Part shown: positions 14,601 through 29,541 of the stretch, one piece after another
Layout: the number at the start of each line of letters is the position of its first letter
How positions within the stretch are numbered: the first letter of the stretch is position 1
From: Paramecium tetraurelia
Taxonomy: Eukaryota
Assembly: GCA_000165425.1 (NCBI GenBank)
Contig: CT868063.1
Location: forward strand, 248,001-312,000
DNA length: 64,000 nucleotides
Direction: 5' to 3'
Translations under genes and position numbers: made by a program
Notes under the pieces: model-generated
Told to the model about the DNA's origin: nothing
What the model saw: the letters and a program-made list of their open reading frames with translations, nothing else
Database searches by the model: none

Positions 14601-17583
14601 AAAAGGGCAAGATTGACATACGTTTTCATCATTAATTTTAATACATGATTCACAATATTAAGGACATGATTTTATACATTTTCCATTATACAACTCATAA
14701 TTTTCTAAACATTAAGTGCATTATACCATATATTATTCTTTCTAAAATTTTTAATTATAATCATTATAAAAGTGATTTTGATTGCTTTCTTCAACAAAAA
14801 ACTTATAAAATGCTCTAAGATCTTTTCGAAAATTATCGTTATATTACTTTAAATTCTATGTACACCTGAAACAATTAAGTTCAGTAGGACATTTGATACA
14901 GACTCCGGTATAAGAGGCATAATATCCAAAATTACATTCCAAACAAACCTGATTAATATCATTGATTTTGAGACACAATATACATTTATCAATTAATGGG
15001 CAGTAAAGAAATTATTCATATATTTTCTAATTGATAAGAACTTGATTGTAAATGATTAGGCAAATATATGTGCCGCTATAATCAAAAACAGATTGCTTGC
15101 ACATTTAATATTGATAGAAAGTATAAACACATTAATTAGTAATGAGAGAGTATGTAAAATAATCATCCATACATCTGGCACATCCAACCCTCACATTTTC
15201 ATCAAAGTCTTGAGGTTCAAAAAATATATCCATAGTAGTTATTGAATGATCAGTCTCTAAATATTGATAGCCATATAAACAATAATCAATTTTAATTTCT
15301 AAACAATCTATTGCATTGAACATTATATAGTATTTATTCATATCTATGCATTCTAAGCATCTTAGGAAGTATTCTTTTTTCTTAAGATTGAAATCAATCT
15401 AACAAGTTTTGCAATTCAAACCACACCTTGAACACCCTCCATTTACAATTACAGAGCTCTCATCCAAACAGCTATCACATTGTACTTTGTTAATTGTTTC
15501 ATCATAACGACATCTTTGACAATCTTGTGGGCATTCAACACAATTTTATTAATCTAAATCAAAATAATATTAAGAAAGGCATTCAATACAAATTCCCTAT
15601 TCATTCTATTGTGAACAAAAAGGAGGATTAAGTTTACAAGCTCCATTAATAAATTTAAAATTTGATTTACATTTTACAAATACATACTAGCCTAAATGTT
15701 ATGCTCCTATTAGCTTATTACATTCAGATTCAATAGGAGTACAAAACCCTGCACATCCATCGCATAATTACATTGAAAATGGTTAATTGATCAGATACAA
15801 ATCTAGAAATTCTTACTCCCTTTGAGCTTATCTAAAAGAAAAATAAATTTAATTGAAATCCCAATTACACATTGGGTTTTTGAACCATTCCTTTTAATTA
15901 TTTATGCAATCTAAACAATTAAGCTGTAATTTTCCAAATGGGCTAATTATAATGATTATTATAATACCATGGATAACATGAATTCATAAATTCAAAATAT
16001 CCTAACTAGCATTTTATTGCATCATTTTCATTTTCTTTTTGTAAGAAAATCACAGCAGTTTGATAATTTTGTACAATCGATATGCAATCCAGGCTGTCCA
16101 ATGATTCTATGTATCCAATACCACAAGCACATAAGTTTTTAAAGGGCAAGAATACTCTATTATAGATAGGATTGCAAGACAAACATTAGTTCTCATAAGG
16201 ACCGACACAGCCAAAGCAAGTAGGATGGCAATCTCTATTAAACTCAAATTTATACTTAAAATAAATGGTTTTAACCCTTGATAGCTATGAATAAATTCTA
16301 ATTTTGCCATCTAGCCATTCATGAAGGTTCTGTATTTATTAATTCCTGCTATTTAGATACTCGCATTAACATTGGAAAATTAGTAAGGCTAAAAATTAGG
16401 TTAAAAATTCCCTCCTACAAAAGTTTAATCATAAGAAAAGTAGAGATGAATAGATGATGTATAATCCTTATTTCCTAACTGAAATTATAGATAATGCCAA
16501 GATATTAATTGATGATACACTTAAGGTTGTCCTCCATAGATACCAGCTTCGTATCCGCAATAAAAATAAGGTTTGTAAATGTTTGGATTTTAGTTAAGTT
16601 AAGTATTTATAGTGAATTATGTGCTTAATTGACCACTGGTTGAAATTTGATACTGTAGTGATAAGATTTCATCTCCTGGGTAGACATTGGAGTATTGCAA
16701 TTATGAATAGCTTATACTTGCAAGTATAAATCCATAATCTTCGACTTATTCGCTTAATTTTACCCACCCCTAAAGTAAAAATGAGGAACCTTCCAAAAAG
16801 ATTATCTTTTTTAAATAGTTATTTCCATTAAAATATTGATCATCTACTAATAGAATTCTTTATTCTTAAGGTTTGATTCTTTCAAATATTCCACCCTCAA
16901 TAATCTTCTGATTAAACTATTAAAAATTACTCCCAATCTAGTCGAACACTTCAATTATTTGAAATTCGGATTATTTTGCTGTAAAGGGTAGCAAATTCAT
17001 GTTTTATACCTATGATAGTAAATAATAAATTTACTCTTCCATATCCTCCCAAAAAACTGTTGACCACTTAAGGAATTTAGGTTGTTAATTGAAACTTATT
17101 GTAAATGAAATTATTGAAAGCTTATTCATTATATAAGTAAACTTCGATTGAGCTTTGAATAGGATCTAATGCAACTGCAGCATAGATCCAAATGCCTTCA
17201 AAATCATAATATTTATAATTAATCAATTACTCCTGATTTGTATTTATAATGAATTTTAAATTTATCAGGTTATTATTGAAATCTTCCATAAAGTATAATA
17301 AAATTTCAAATTAATCCCCTTAAGACAAACAAATTATATATCCCTTAACTTCTTCATTTGAATCTAAACCTTCAGTTAATAAATGAGTTGAGAAGATCCT
17401 TTTAAAGGCAATAAATTTAAACCAAATTCCATACCCTGTTCTTGTATTTTAAACTTGAGTCACTAATTTTTAATAAGGGTCATATTCGTCTAATAATTAT
17501 AAAGTTTATTTGACATTTTAAGCCAACGAACAAAATGAAACTATAATGATGATTAACGCTCTAAAGTATTCGAAATATTTCAT
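8639..17583 (-). CDS. Giant (~2950 aa) Cys-rich surface protein: signal peptide, CxxC repeats, beta-helix-like GGA repeats, C-terminal multi-TM domain
   Basis: MKYFEYFRALIIIIVSFCSLA signal. Many CxxC motifs, FINNTAKYKGGAVY, GFWRY, CEIGYVGALCEQCD, FGYLYLNYKSKYYYWEY and QPY motifs. Few short introns. Confidence 0.85.
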
Positions 17584-17746
17584 TAATGCTTAATGTTCTA
17601 AATAAATTTAAATAAAAATAATTATTTGAAAAAGATTATCAAATTAGGTAAATATAGCGCTAATACTTTTTATTTTTATTATTGAGCTTCTGAAAAGATA
17701 AGACAATTTATCATATATTAATTTAATATAATAATATTCAGTGTCT

Positions 17747-20700
17747 ATGCTGAGGTTTATTTCATTATTTTTACAAATTTCTTTGTACTTATTTATCATA
17801 GATTTTAGTTTTATATAGCAAACAATTAGTGATCTTGAGGTTATCGATGAAGAATAGTCATTTTACAAGACAACAAATAAAATTCAATTAGATGAAAATA
17901 ATAGCTATGGTTATGAATTTTGGTTCAAATTTAATCTAATCCCTCAACATTCTTACTAGGAAGTATTTGAAGAAGAATTAATAACAGTTCGTTATAACAA
18001 CTAAGAATATAGCAATACTTTTTTAATTTTTTCTGAGTGGGATTCACACTCTAAGTAAATTACTGTTCTATACTTCCTATAATAAACATACTCAGGATAT
18101 TGTACTCTCTATGTTATACTGTATGTTTAGGATTAAAAATACAACTTGTTTTCATAATTTATTGGGTATTAAAATTTCGAGGGAAGTTGGGTATACACTC
18201 ATTTTGGTTTCTAAAGGAACACAAACATATTTTAATGGCTTTACTATTCTTCAGAAGATAGATTGATCTAAGGGTAGGTTTGGCCAATTGATGGGGTGTT
18301 TTAAGATTTAGCAGAAACCACTAATATAGTGGGCGGAAGTGGAAAAATTTAATTCTCGAATTAAGAGCTAAATCTTCAGAAAATTAGAGGGAGGTTCACT
18401 CCTGTGATTTTTACCAAGGGAATTTTATATAAAGAAGCATTGCCTTGGTACCTAGCATATATTCATCTTCCTGATATCTGTACTGGAGCTCTATTTGAAA
18501 TTGTATATGGAATTTAATATTTGGACGGGACAAATTACTTAGAAAGAGTTATGTTTTTGAAAGGCAAGAAATTTATTATAAAAGGATGGAATAAGCTAAT
18601 TATTAAAAAGGTAGTATATTGATAAATTGTAGAATTAATACTAAGATTCACATTTATAATTGATGAGAATTACTACTAATAAAGTCTATACAGAAAATAG
18701 TAATATTGGAGATAAGTTATTTTAATTAATTTATATCCTGAATACAGATTTAAATAAACAATCAGGAATTCAAGTGAATGCTTAAAGAATCACTATTCCC
18801 TTTTTATCCTTCTACTACGATTCGTATTTCAGCAGTTTTTTTTATAATGATGATCTTATGTTAAAGAGGTTGTCTAATTGGGTCTTCTTTAGTTTTGAAT
18901 AAGGTGGCTAAAAATAATAATTATTCAAAATTTTCTTTACTTATGATTCGTTCAGTCTGTCGTTCGACTTCGGAAATTTTTACTATCCTTACACTGTCTA
19001 CTAATTAGCTGATGTTCCACTTTATATCCTTATCGGAGGAGATAAATTTTCAAGTCGGTTCTATTATTAGGGATATGTGTAGAATTTATACATCTAGACC
19101 TGTCTATCTGAATAGGACTTGTATTAATATTATAACCCTTAGTAGGATTGTAAATATTGTTTTATATTATAAGATTGCCATCCAATGTGTAAAACTTGTA
19201 ATGGACCTAATTAAAATAACTGTTTAACTTGTCATGACTATCAGAATAGATAATATTATATTGGTAAAAATATATGCCTTTGCAAGTTTGGATTTTCTGA
19301 AGTGTCATATTCCTATAGCTGTAAAGACATTTTTAGTCAGTATAAGAAGGAAATATTAGGAGAGTAATAATCATAAGAATGCTAGATAAATTTAGAAATG
19401 AACGGTCTGTAAATATGTTCGAGTTGGTATGTAGTATTATAAGATATGTTAGTCCTGAGATCAATTATAGATGCTATGATTGTATTTTGAATCCTAATGA
19501 TTGGATTTCTAATCCTTTGTGCACAAAAGATATTGTATATTCTAGTTTAAGCAGTTCATCAATGTTAATAAACAAAAGAGAATCTAAAGACTATACACTT
19601 TATACATTAGATCTTGAATTTGGATTTTCACTTTGCGAAGGTTGTGAAAGACTATGTGTTGAAGATGAAGTTGGGTGTAACCATATATAAGGAAGGACTC
19701 ATTTAAACGAAAAGGTTATGGTAAAATGCAAAAATGAGGGGTTTTATTTTGAAGATAACAGTTGTCAAAGATGCAAACCATAATGTTTGATTTGTGTTTC
19801 ATTAAATCGTTGTTAAACTTGTTTGGATGGATATTATCAAAAAGACGGAGACTGTTTTCAATGTCAAAAAGAATGTACAAAATGTTTATATAATGATTAA
19901 TAAAAAATATAATGCACAACTTGTGTTGAAAATTATGGATTGATTCAAGGCTCCTGTTAAAAATGCGGATCACATTGTATTAGTTGTGAACAAAGCATAA
20001 ACAGGATAAATTAAAATGTATTTTTAAGATGCTTGATTTGTGAAGATAATAAAAAATTCATGATAAGTTATGATTAATTCAACTGCATTGACAATTAAAT
20101 TAATCATTGTAATTATGGGTTCATTTATTCATCAATTGATCGAGTTTAAAATACTTTAATGTTAGATTAAGATTTTATTACATTAGACACTGCAGTTTTT
20201 GGATGTGCATAATGTGAAGAGTATTATGAATATGATATTCAAAATTAACTTTGTTAATATAATTATGTAGAAAAATGCAAATAAATCATTCTAGATTAAG
20301 GACAATAGATATGCTTAGTTTTTACAAATTACATAATTATTTTTCCATATTATCCATCCAGGGTATATGTCAATGATTTCGAGTGCGATAGATAATTAGA
20401 TTAATGTATCTAATGCTTAAATCTTTCTAATATTTATTATTGTCTTTTTTGTAAAACTGGTTACTATGCAGACCAGGAAGGCTTATGCGTAGAATGCCCA
20501 AAAAGTATAAATTGTAAAAATTGCTATATTCAGTCAAAAAAATATAAAGATAATTGGAAAAAAAATATTAGAGCAACGTTTGAATATTTCTATATGAACT
20601 ATTATGTAGATTAGTCGTTATTCACAAGGCTAAACTCTAAACCAGATGATGAATATGAAATATTGTGTTATGATTGTTGGGAAGACTATGAGTTTTACAA

Positions 20701-23700
20701 TGGGTAGTGCATTAAAGCTTGCGATTGTGTTTCCTGTGTGAAAATAGATTACTAGAATATTTGCGAAGTCAGCCCCTACTCTCAAGATTACACATCTCTA
20801 ACTGTAATTGAGGGTAAAATCATCGATTGTTCAACCTATTGTTTGTTTTGTTTTCCATTGCTTTAAGAAGAAATTAGGCAGATAAATCCTTACTTTTAGA
20901 ATTCTGTATATTCTTACTATTCTAATAAATGCTTAATTCCAAACTCCAACTTCAATAATTTGGTTTATGATTCTTATCTTAAACAATATAAAAAATGCTA
21001 AACTCATTCAAATTGCTAGATGGAAATAACCCTCAACTATTTCTTAATTTGCCAAAATGAACAGACAGATCAAAAAGAAGATTCTCCACTATTGATTACA
21101 ATAGAATAGTTATTTTCTATTAGTAATGGATAGCGATTTAAGGAATTCCAAAATTAGGTTTTTTATGAATATGCTAATGCCCAAATGATAGAAAATATCA
21201 TCATAAATATTGAAGTTTAAGACTCCAAGTAATGCTTATTACCTCAATTGTCTTAATTGAGTAACGAATTTTTTACAAACATTTTCTCAATCAGAAATAT
21301 AAAATTACATTTGTTCAGTTAAAACTCAGTTGAGTTTGTTGTTAATGAGCTTAGTATATCAAGTTTCTAATAGATCCAGCTTGAAAATATATAATTTAAA
21401 CCGTATTTTCAGAGAGCATTCAGATTATACATAAATTCTTTAATAAAACAATAAATAATCCTTAAGAATTTAAATTTTACTAATTAGAAACAAGTAAATT
21501 CATTCTAAATACAAATTATGTATATCAATAATTTAGAATTACATAACGTTAGATTTAACGAGATAGAGACTAATTATTCTTATGGATTAATATAAATAAC
21601 TCAAGCCAAATCTAATAAACTTTATTTTAAAGATATAAAACTATTAAACTCCATATTATTCCAATCTGTTTTCCTATATTTAAATTATGTTACACTTTCA
21701 GAAATCATATTTGAGGATTTATAAATTGAAACTGAATTTCAATATTCCTCATTGCTCCAATATTTTAATTCAAGCGAAAATGATATTAAGATGTCTTATG
21801 TATCAATTTAGTCAAATTTAATAAATTGTTAACTATGGTTACATTTTATGTAATAAAATAAAATAGAATTAAATCATTTTATCATTTAGTCGTCATACTT
21901 TGTTTAAACTAAATTACTTTATTTAAGAGAAAATACCTAAGTTTCTGATATCTAAGCTTTTCAAAATTAATTTTAAGATCAATCAATTATATTATATTTT
22001 ATTAATGGATACAGTGAAGTTAGTACAAATCAATTAACTATTAAAAATGTGTTGTTCTAAGAAAATTTATGTTATAATAACTATTGTCTAATATATGCAG
22101 TTCAAGAAGTAGAAGCATCCCTAAATCAAATTTTATTAGAATAAATATATATTTATTTTAATTCTAGATTATCTTAATGGAGTGTTGAAAATGTTGAAGA
22201 GTATGAAACCTTAATTTATTTATCTCTTAAAACCATAATAATAGATGATTTAGAATTGAAAGGAGACTTTATGTCTTAATTAGATAAATAAATTCCAATC
22301 AATTAAATTCACATCAATAATATAGTCTCACTTCAAATTACATCGATTAAAATAAGTAATATAAATCAACCAAGTGCCTCATATTTGTACCAATCTTATA
22401 AATGTTCTAAGTTATAATAATCATCTACAAGTAGTAAACCTATACTAATGATTCAATCATTCCAGAATCTCAAATTAAATTTTTTCGATATTTATAACGT
22501 CGTTAATTTCAACGCACCAATTATCAAGATTTTATCATAAAATTCATAAGTTTAATAGTTGGATGAGAAGATACTTATTCAAAATATTAATTTCACGTCC
22601 AATTTACTATTAACTACATAATATTTTAACTCTAAATCAATTCTAGAAATATCAAGTCAATAGAAGCAAAATATTTAAATAGAAAATTTCATATCATCGT
22701 ATAACATCCTACATGAATACATTTAAGATTATAGCATATCATCTTCAAATGTATTACTAATAGAATCTCCGTAAAGTGATATTACAATGATCAATTCATA
22801 TTTTACAAGCAATACTGTTATTAATTCGAGTAATACTCAACTCTAAATTTTTTGTAATACTTTGCAAATTATTAATTCAACCTTTATAAAGCATAATCAG
22901 ATGGATTAGAGTATGATTGATGTAATATTTAATAAATAGTTTCTTAATGACATGGATGTTAAGTATTTTGAATAACTTTAAAATTATTTTCCAATTATTT
23001 CTTAAACAGGAGTTGGTGAATTTCATTTTAGGAATCTCATCATCTAAAATATAGAGATAAACTCAACATAGGGTTATTAAGGTGGAACATTCTCATTATA
23101 TCCAAAAAATCAAGGAGTAATATAAGTATCACAGTCAAGATTTATCAATATAAAATCCTAATTTTCACTTTTTGATACTAAAGGAGGATGTTTTTACATA
23201 TCATTGCCTTCATTTGAAATAGATATTGTTATTAAATAATGCACTTTTTCCAATATTTGGACATAAAACTATGGAAGCATAATTTTTGTTGAATCGGTTA
23301 TTGATCATCTTATCAGTCTCAATGTAGTGGATGTTTTCATTAAAAATGCTTTTAGTTTGTAAGGTTCAGTCATCTATTTGAAGTAAAACAAAGTTGATTT
23401 GAATTCTATAAATCAATTAGTATTTTAGAATGTTGAAATTGTATAGGAAGAGGACAATTTTGTTGGCTATTTAGCCGAATACATGACCATACCTGATGAT
23501 TAATAGAATTAATTTTTAGAGAATAGAAGTCTAATTTATTCAACTTATTCTAATGTATCTTTAGAAAATTTTACAGTATTGAATATATTTTAAGAAATGA
23601 TATTAGAATGTAATTAATGTGAGAAAATTTTAATTAGAAATTTATTCATTTATAAAGCCAAAGAGACATTAGCTCTATTTTCAATTATTTCAGATTAGAA

Positions 23701-26700
23701 CTAGATTTATATTTATTTTTCTAACATTTAATTTCTTAATGTTAAAAATTAAATTGAACTCTTTACAGATTTAAATTGTAATTTAAAAAAAGAACTTGTT
23801 AATCTTGAATCAGGTTGTTATTCTTAAAATCAAAATGAATAAGTTAATTTAAAGAATAATATCTTATTTTATTATGATGATGCCTATTTATAAGTGCTTG
23901 GGAGGTGCAATTTCAACAATATTTAAAGATAAATCTAAAATTAATAATCATTGATACATATATCAATTTAATCAACAATTTAATAATAGATAAAATTTGT
24001 AAATTGTTTATTTGAATCAATCTAAGTTTCAAATGCAATTATTAGAGTAGCCATCTAAACTATTCCGCCAAATTTTATTAAATTAAAATATATTTATATT
24101 TAAAACAATTAATGTGGATAGAATGGATGTATTATTTTGGAATCAAATAGAAATTAACTCAGCAGATTACTATCTGAAGAGATTGCAAAAGAATTTGAAA
24201 GATTTGATTCTCAAATTAAAATCGATTAATTGTATTGTTATAATAACAAAGCTTCGAATGGAGTTTGCTTAAATATTTAAAACTTATCTGTATACATACT
24301 CCTATCCTAGTTTTATAATAATACAGCATCTGAATATGGAGGAAGCATTTACTTTAATTCTAACTCACCAGGATAATAGTTGTTATTTAAATTTTGTCAG
24401 TTTTATAATAATTAAGCATTCATCGCTGGCGCTATTTATTCGAATAATATTATTAATAACAAATGGATAAAGGAATATAATTATTTGGATAAAAATGGCT
24501 GTAAATCCTTTGGTTCTACTATTGTTTATCCCCCCATGAAATTAGGGGTTACTTTTGATAACTACAACACTATCTATTATCCAATAACATTACATGAAGG
24601 CTAAAATATTAAAATAGATCAAATTTAATTCAATAAAAAATTGGAATAAAATTATTTTAATCTTCCTAGTGGGTGTGTGTTAAATTCATATTAAACTGTA
24701 ACAGAGGATAACCTATATATAAACAACAACATAACTTTTCGTTTAATCGGATTCGATTCGAATGATGAAATTATGAAAAACCTTGAAGATTCATCTTGTA
24801 GCATTTACGACAGAATCGTTGATTTGCAAAAGGTAGATGAAATATTTTAAGTATCCGAACTTGTTTCGACTTCAGTGAACATTAAATCTATTAAATTTAA
24901 TAACAATTCTAAAGATTATAATTTAGATACTGTTGTATTGAATAGCAAAGCAATCAATAATATTACTAATACTTTACAGTTGATCTTCTTTTGTCCAAGC
25001 ATATAAAGTATAATATTCAAATAAACTGATAGCATAAAAAGTGAATTCAGAATATCCTTATAATATCATTTCTACTCACAGTCAATATTACTTAGAGATC
25101 AACATTGTTACATTAGGTTGCCAACTAGGTGAAATTTAAAATCAATTGACAGGGGCATGTCAATAATGTGATGCTTCTCAAGGATTTTATTCAGTTTTAC
25201 TTAATTAAATTTTATGCGATGTTCAAGATGACACAACAACTGCAGAAGTCAAACCTGCATCCCTTAAATTACTCTAGGTATTTTAATAGAACCTAATAAA
25301 ATAGGGATATTGGAGACCTGAATATGACAATAGATACATTACTTAATGTTCCAATAAGGTAGAAAATTGTAAGGGAGGTTGGGATGTAGGATATAATTCC
25401 TGTGAGGAGGGATACTTTGGTGCATTATGTGAATAATGTGACATATATAATATTAGAGGAGATGGTAGATATTCAAATACAGAATCTTATTAATGTGGAG
25501 AATGCCAGCCAGATTATTAATCTGCTCTATATGCTATTCTATTGAATCTTTGGTATTAGTTTTAAATAATTAAGGAATTTGTTTTCTATTATATTCTCTG
25601 TCAAAAGTTCCTAGACTTCAATTTTAAATTAAGTGAATAAAAAGAATCAAATTGCTGTAAGTACCTTTCTCAAGATTTTTATCAATTACTTCTAACTACT
25701 ATTTGTAGTGTCAACCTTCCAATTGCCAATTCCTTATTAGATAACAATATTGTTAGGGTTTATGGGAAATCCTGTTAGAGTCATCTCTTATTCTTTAGAT
25801 TGCTCTTTAGTAGATAAAATCGCTATTGATATCATTTATTTTAGGATGATTTAGTAAATCTTATACCCGTTTATTTATCTCTTTATTATGTCAACAGCCT
25901 ATTTAATTTACGCTTTATACACGAAGAATAAAATCAATTTTAGTTATTTCTATATAGCCATATCCTATTTGGTGTTGTATTACAGTCCCTAAATCTTGAG
26001 TAGTTTGATTAACCTAATGTCTTATAGAGTAATATCGAACATCAGTTGGGTGTAAGCAGATGTATCGTTTTAATATGATACGTATAAGCATTTCTAATGG
26101 ATTTATATTTTATGCACTCCTCTGCTTATATTTTTGTTGATCTCAATCAGTAGTTTATTTTTCTTACTTTTCAAAAAGCGAAACAATTTAAAGAAAATTA
26201 GATCACTCTTATATTTGGGATACTTGTATTTGGAGTATAATACAGGTTCTTATTTCTGGGAGTTCGTTAAGTTAATGCTTAAGATATTGATTGTAGTGGT
26301 TTTAACATTTTTGCAAGAAAGAATTATCATTAAAGGATGCATTTGCTTTTTGATACTTGCATTATATAAGTCATGTATTTCAAGGTACAAACCTTATAAG
26401 TTGAGAAATATCAATAATATAGACCAGTGGGCATCCTTTGTGTGTTTAGTGTCTATTTTACTTGGAATGTTGCTCCGTGTGGCCTATGAAATTTAATTAG
26501 ATATCTTCCCACAAATTATCTATTTTTTCTTAGCCTTTCTTAATATAGCCTTTACATTGTATTTATTAAATTTGATATTTCAATCTTATATGAGACAATA
26601 TTCAGAATAATTAGACGAAGTAAAAGAATTTATTAAGAGAACATTTCCTTAATTAGATAAAATTAAATTGTGCAAAAAACTATTATAAAATTCTTCTATA

Positions 26701-26949
26701 GTGAGGAATAAAGCAAAAATGGATTTGAAAAGGATAGCTTCAAGTGTAATTTAAAAAAGTCAGCAATTTAATAAATCTAAGCTACTAATGTCTAAGCAGT
26801 AATAAGCAGCATCTATTGAATCAAGAGTTCAACTGTAAACAGTCGATGATTAAATGAAAACAAGCTTATAATTACTTTAGAAAATTGACTTAAGAAGAGC
26901 ATTTTTCCATAGACAAAGCTTATAAAATATTTAGAATGAAGAAACTTGA
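17747..26949 (+). CDS. Giant (~3000 aa) Cys-rich surface protein, paralog of 8639-17583
   Basis: Hydrophobic N-terminus, YGYEFWFKF, CxxC repeats, FYNNTASEYGGSIY, GYWRP, CEEGYFGALCEQCD, LGYLYLEYNTGSYFWEF and KPY. TGA at 26947-26949. Confidence 0.85.
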
Positions 26950-27735
26950 TTATTTATTAATAATTTATCAAAATAATTAGATTCTTATATTTCAACAATC
27001 TATTATGGACAAGACAAGGTCTATTTCACAAAATTGTTGTTATAGAACATCTTAATTTATCATTCATTTTTTTGATGAGAAAGCGTATAATTATAATTAA
27101 AATTATTATTAATGCTTGCTAAATTATTATATTTGTATTCAAAATCTAATATTTATGTTTAAGACTTTATTCATCCCATGAAGTAAGAATTAATTATTTT
27201 AGATCAATAACAAAATCATCTAAAATACATTTTCAAGATTTCAAGAATTATTAAATTATTTATGGAAAATCAACTTTAAAGTTGGTTTAACTAACATAAT
27301 AATTTTTTATTACTTTTCAAATATCTAAATTACAATCCCAAGCATTTCTGTAATCTTGATTAACAAATTATTTATAATCTTTGAATTTTATGTAATTCCA
27401 AAGAGATTGTTTCGAAATTTCTAATTAGATGGCGGAAATTAAATGATCATCTATTCAATAGTAAAATAATAACAAGCCTATAATATATATGGCTATGCAC
27501 TAACATTTGTACCAAGATTTATTAATTGAGTAAATAATATTAATAATTAAATTTTCTTAAAGGATAGGATAGAGAGGTTACAATTTCCCAAATGAATCTT
27601 CATCAATTGGATTACTTGGCTTTTCTTCGAATTTCACATAAAACGATAAATTATATAATCATAATAATTGTTGATTTATTGAGAAATTATTAAATCTTAA
27701 GGGATTAACATAGAAGCAAATGACGTAATAATAAT

Positions 27736-29494
27736 ATGAATAAAATCTTTCTAGTTGGTTTGATTCTTAGTGTAAGCCTCTGTCAATAAAGAACAGTAAT
27801 TGATAGATTGCAGGGCACTTAGGTTGTGGAGGAAGGAGAGAAGGAAACAATATACAATATCCATTATTTCGAGGATGAGAACCCAAAAGAAAAATATGAA
27901 CAATTGATGAGCAATTTATTGAATTTAAGTAACCATTTATTTAATTAAGACCAAACCCAACTTTTAAGTTGTAGAAAGAGTGAAAGTCATGAGTTTTTCG
28001 GTATGTCATTCCAAAACGTTGGAAGGTTAAACCATGAGTTAAAGAATATAAAACTGAAAGAATATGATGATGATTGCTTCTCTTAAATGAGAGTGAGTTA
28101 CGAATATAATGATGCTGAAAACCAAGTTTAAGTGACCTTCGATCCAGGAGATTACAAAAATGGAAAATAATGCTCAGAATTTTATATGATTGGAACAACT
28201 TTGAATTACAATATTGTAAAAGTTAAGAAAGGTAATATATTATAAAAAACATATATATAGTATAGAACCATAAGGTGTACTTCCATTTTAGAAATGAAAA
28301 GCAAAAGGAGGCTTTTAAATTGGTGGGAGCATACATCTTCAGAACCTGTGATCATTTTGATTATTGGATCGGAGATTTGTTAACTACAATTGAATTATTT
28401 TTTGGAGGATTTTCAGCAAATCCTTTTTTGGGTTCAGTTTTCGGTAGTGTTCCACCAGATTGGATGGTTAGATCAAATATAGAGTTTATTGAGAGAGCAA
28501 CAGGATTTAGATGGAAAGAGAGACCCAACGTTGATGTAGAATGGTCAGAAGCAGAGATACATTAAGGAGACTTTTTGGCTATTACAAGATTTGATGGATT
28601 AGATTAAATTATAGAATGGGGAACAGGAAGCAGATCAGGACACAGTGCTGTTATCTTTGAAATAGATGGTGTTAAATGGGTCGTGGAATCATAGGATGCT
28701 TGGTATTGGCCTAAGAAGAATATTCAAAAGAACAGATGGGAAGATTGGAAAGTTTATGCTAAGAATGCAGGATTCAATGTTGCCATATTGCCATTAAGTC
28801 CAGAGAAGAGAGCACAATGGAATTAAGAAGGGGCTCTTAAATTTTGGAATTTTATGGAAGGATGTCCATATGGTTATCACAATTTTATATTTGGATGGAT
28901 TGATACGCCAAAAGATAATTATCCCTCTTTATTGAGTGCTGAATTAGCTACTTATATATTTTCATTCATTGAGAAATTTGCTCCTAGTATTTCAAATAAA
29001 ATGGTTGGTGAAGGATTGAATAAGAGATTAGGAACAGAAGGTTTGACAATCCCAGAAATCACCATTGAAGCAGCAAAGAGAGGAATTGAAATTGTAATAC
29101 TCTTATTTCTAAATTAAGGCTGAATTATATGCTATGGTTGAGAAAGATAATTGGATTTACAGTGATGGACCAAGTTAAGTATGTTCTTCATTTGTTATCG
29201 GATTGTATAAGGCAGCTGGTTTATTTGGAGAATATCATATTGAAGCAACAGAGTAATTATTCATTATATCTTAACAGATTTACCCCCAAAGATGTTTATT
29301 AAATGAACTTCTTTGATAAAAATTACGTAGTTCCCAAAAAATGCAAAGATAATGATCCCGATTTGCCCTATTGTTAAATCATGGGAACTCATAGAATGGA
29401 GTTGGAAGGATACAATACAATAGATCCATATGAACATATGAATGAGAGATGTCCAAGTTAAGCTCCAGATTATAAGAGACCAGCTGACTGTTGA
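27736..29494 (+). CDS. Secreted permuted papain-like (NlpC/P60, YaeF/YiiX-type) enzyme homolog
   Basis: Signal peptide MNKIFLVGLILSVSLC, then GDFLAI, GHSAV (His), VES, PYG, VCSSFV (Cys) and FTPKDVY. His precedes Cys. Confidence 0.8.
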
Positions 29495-29541
29495 TTTAAG
29501 AATAATATATATTAAATTAAGTATTATTATTTTATTAATAA

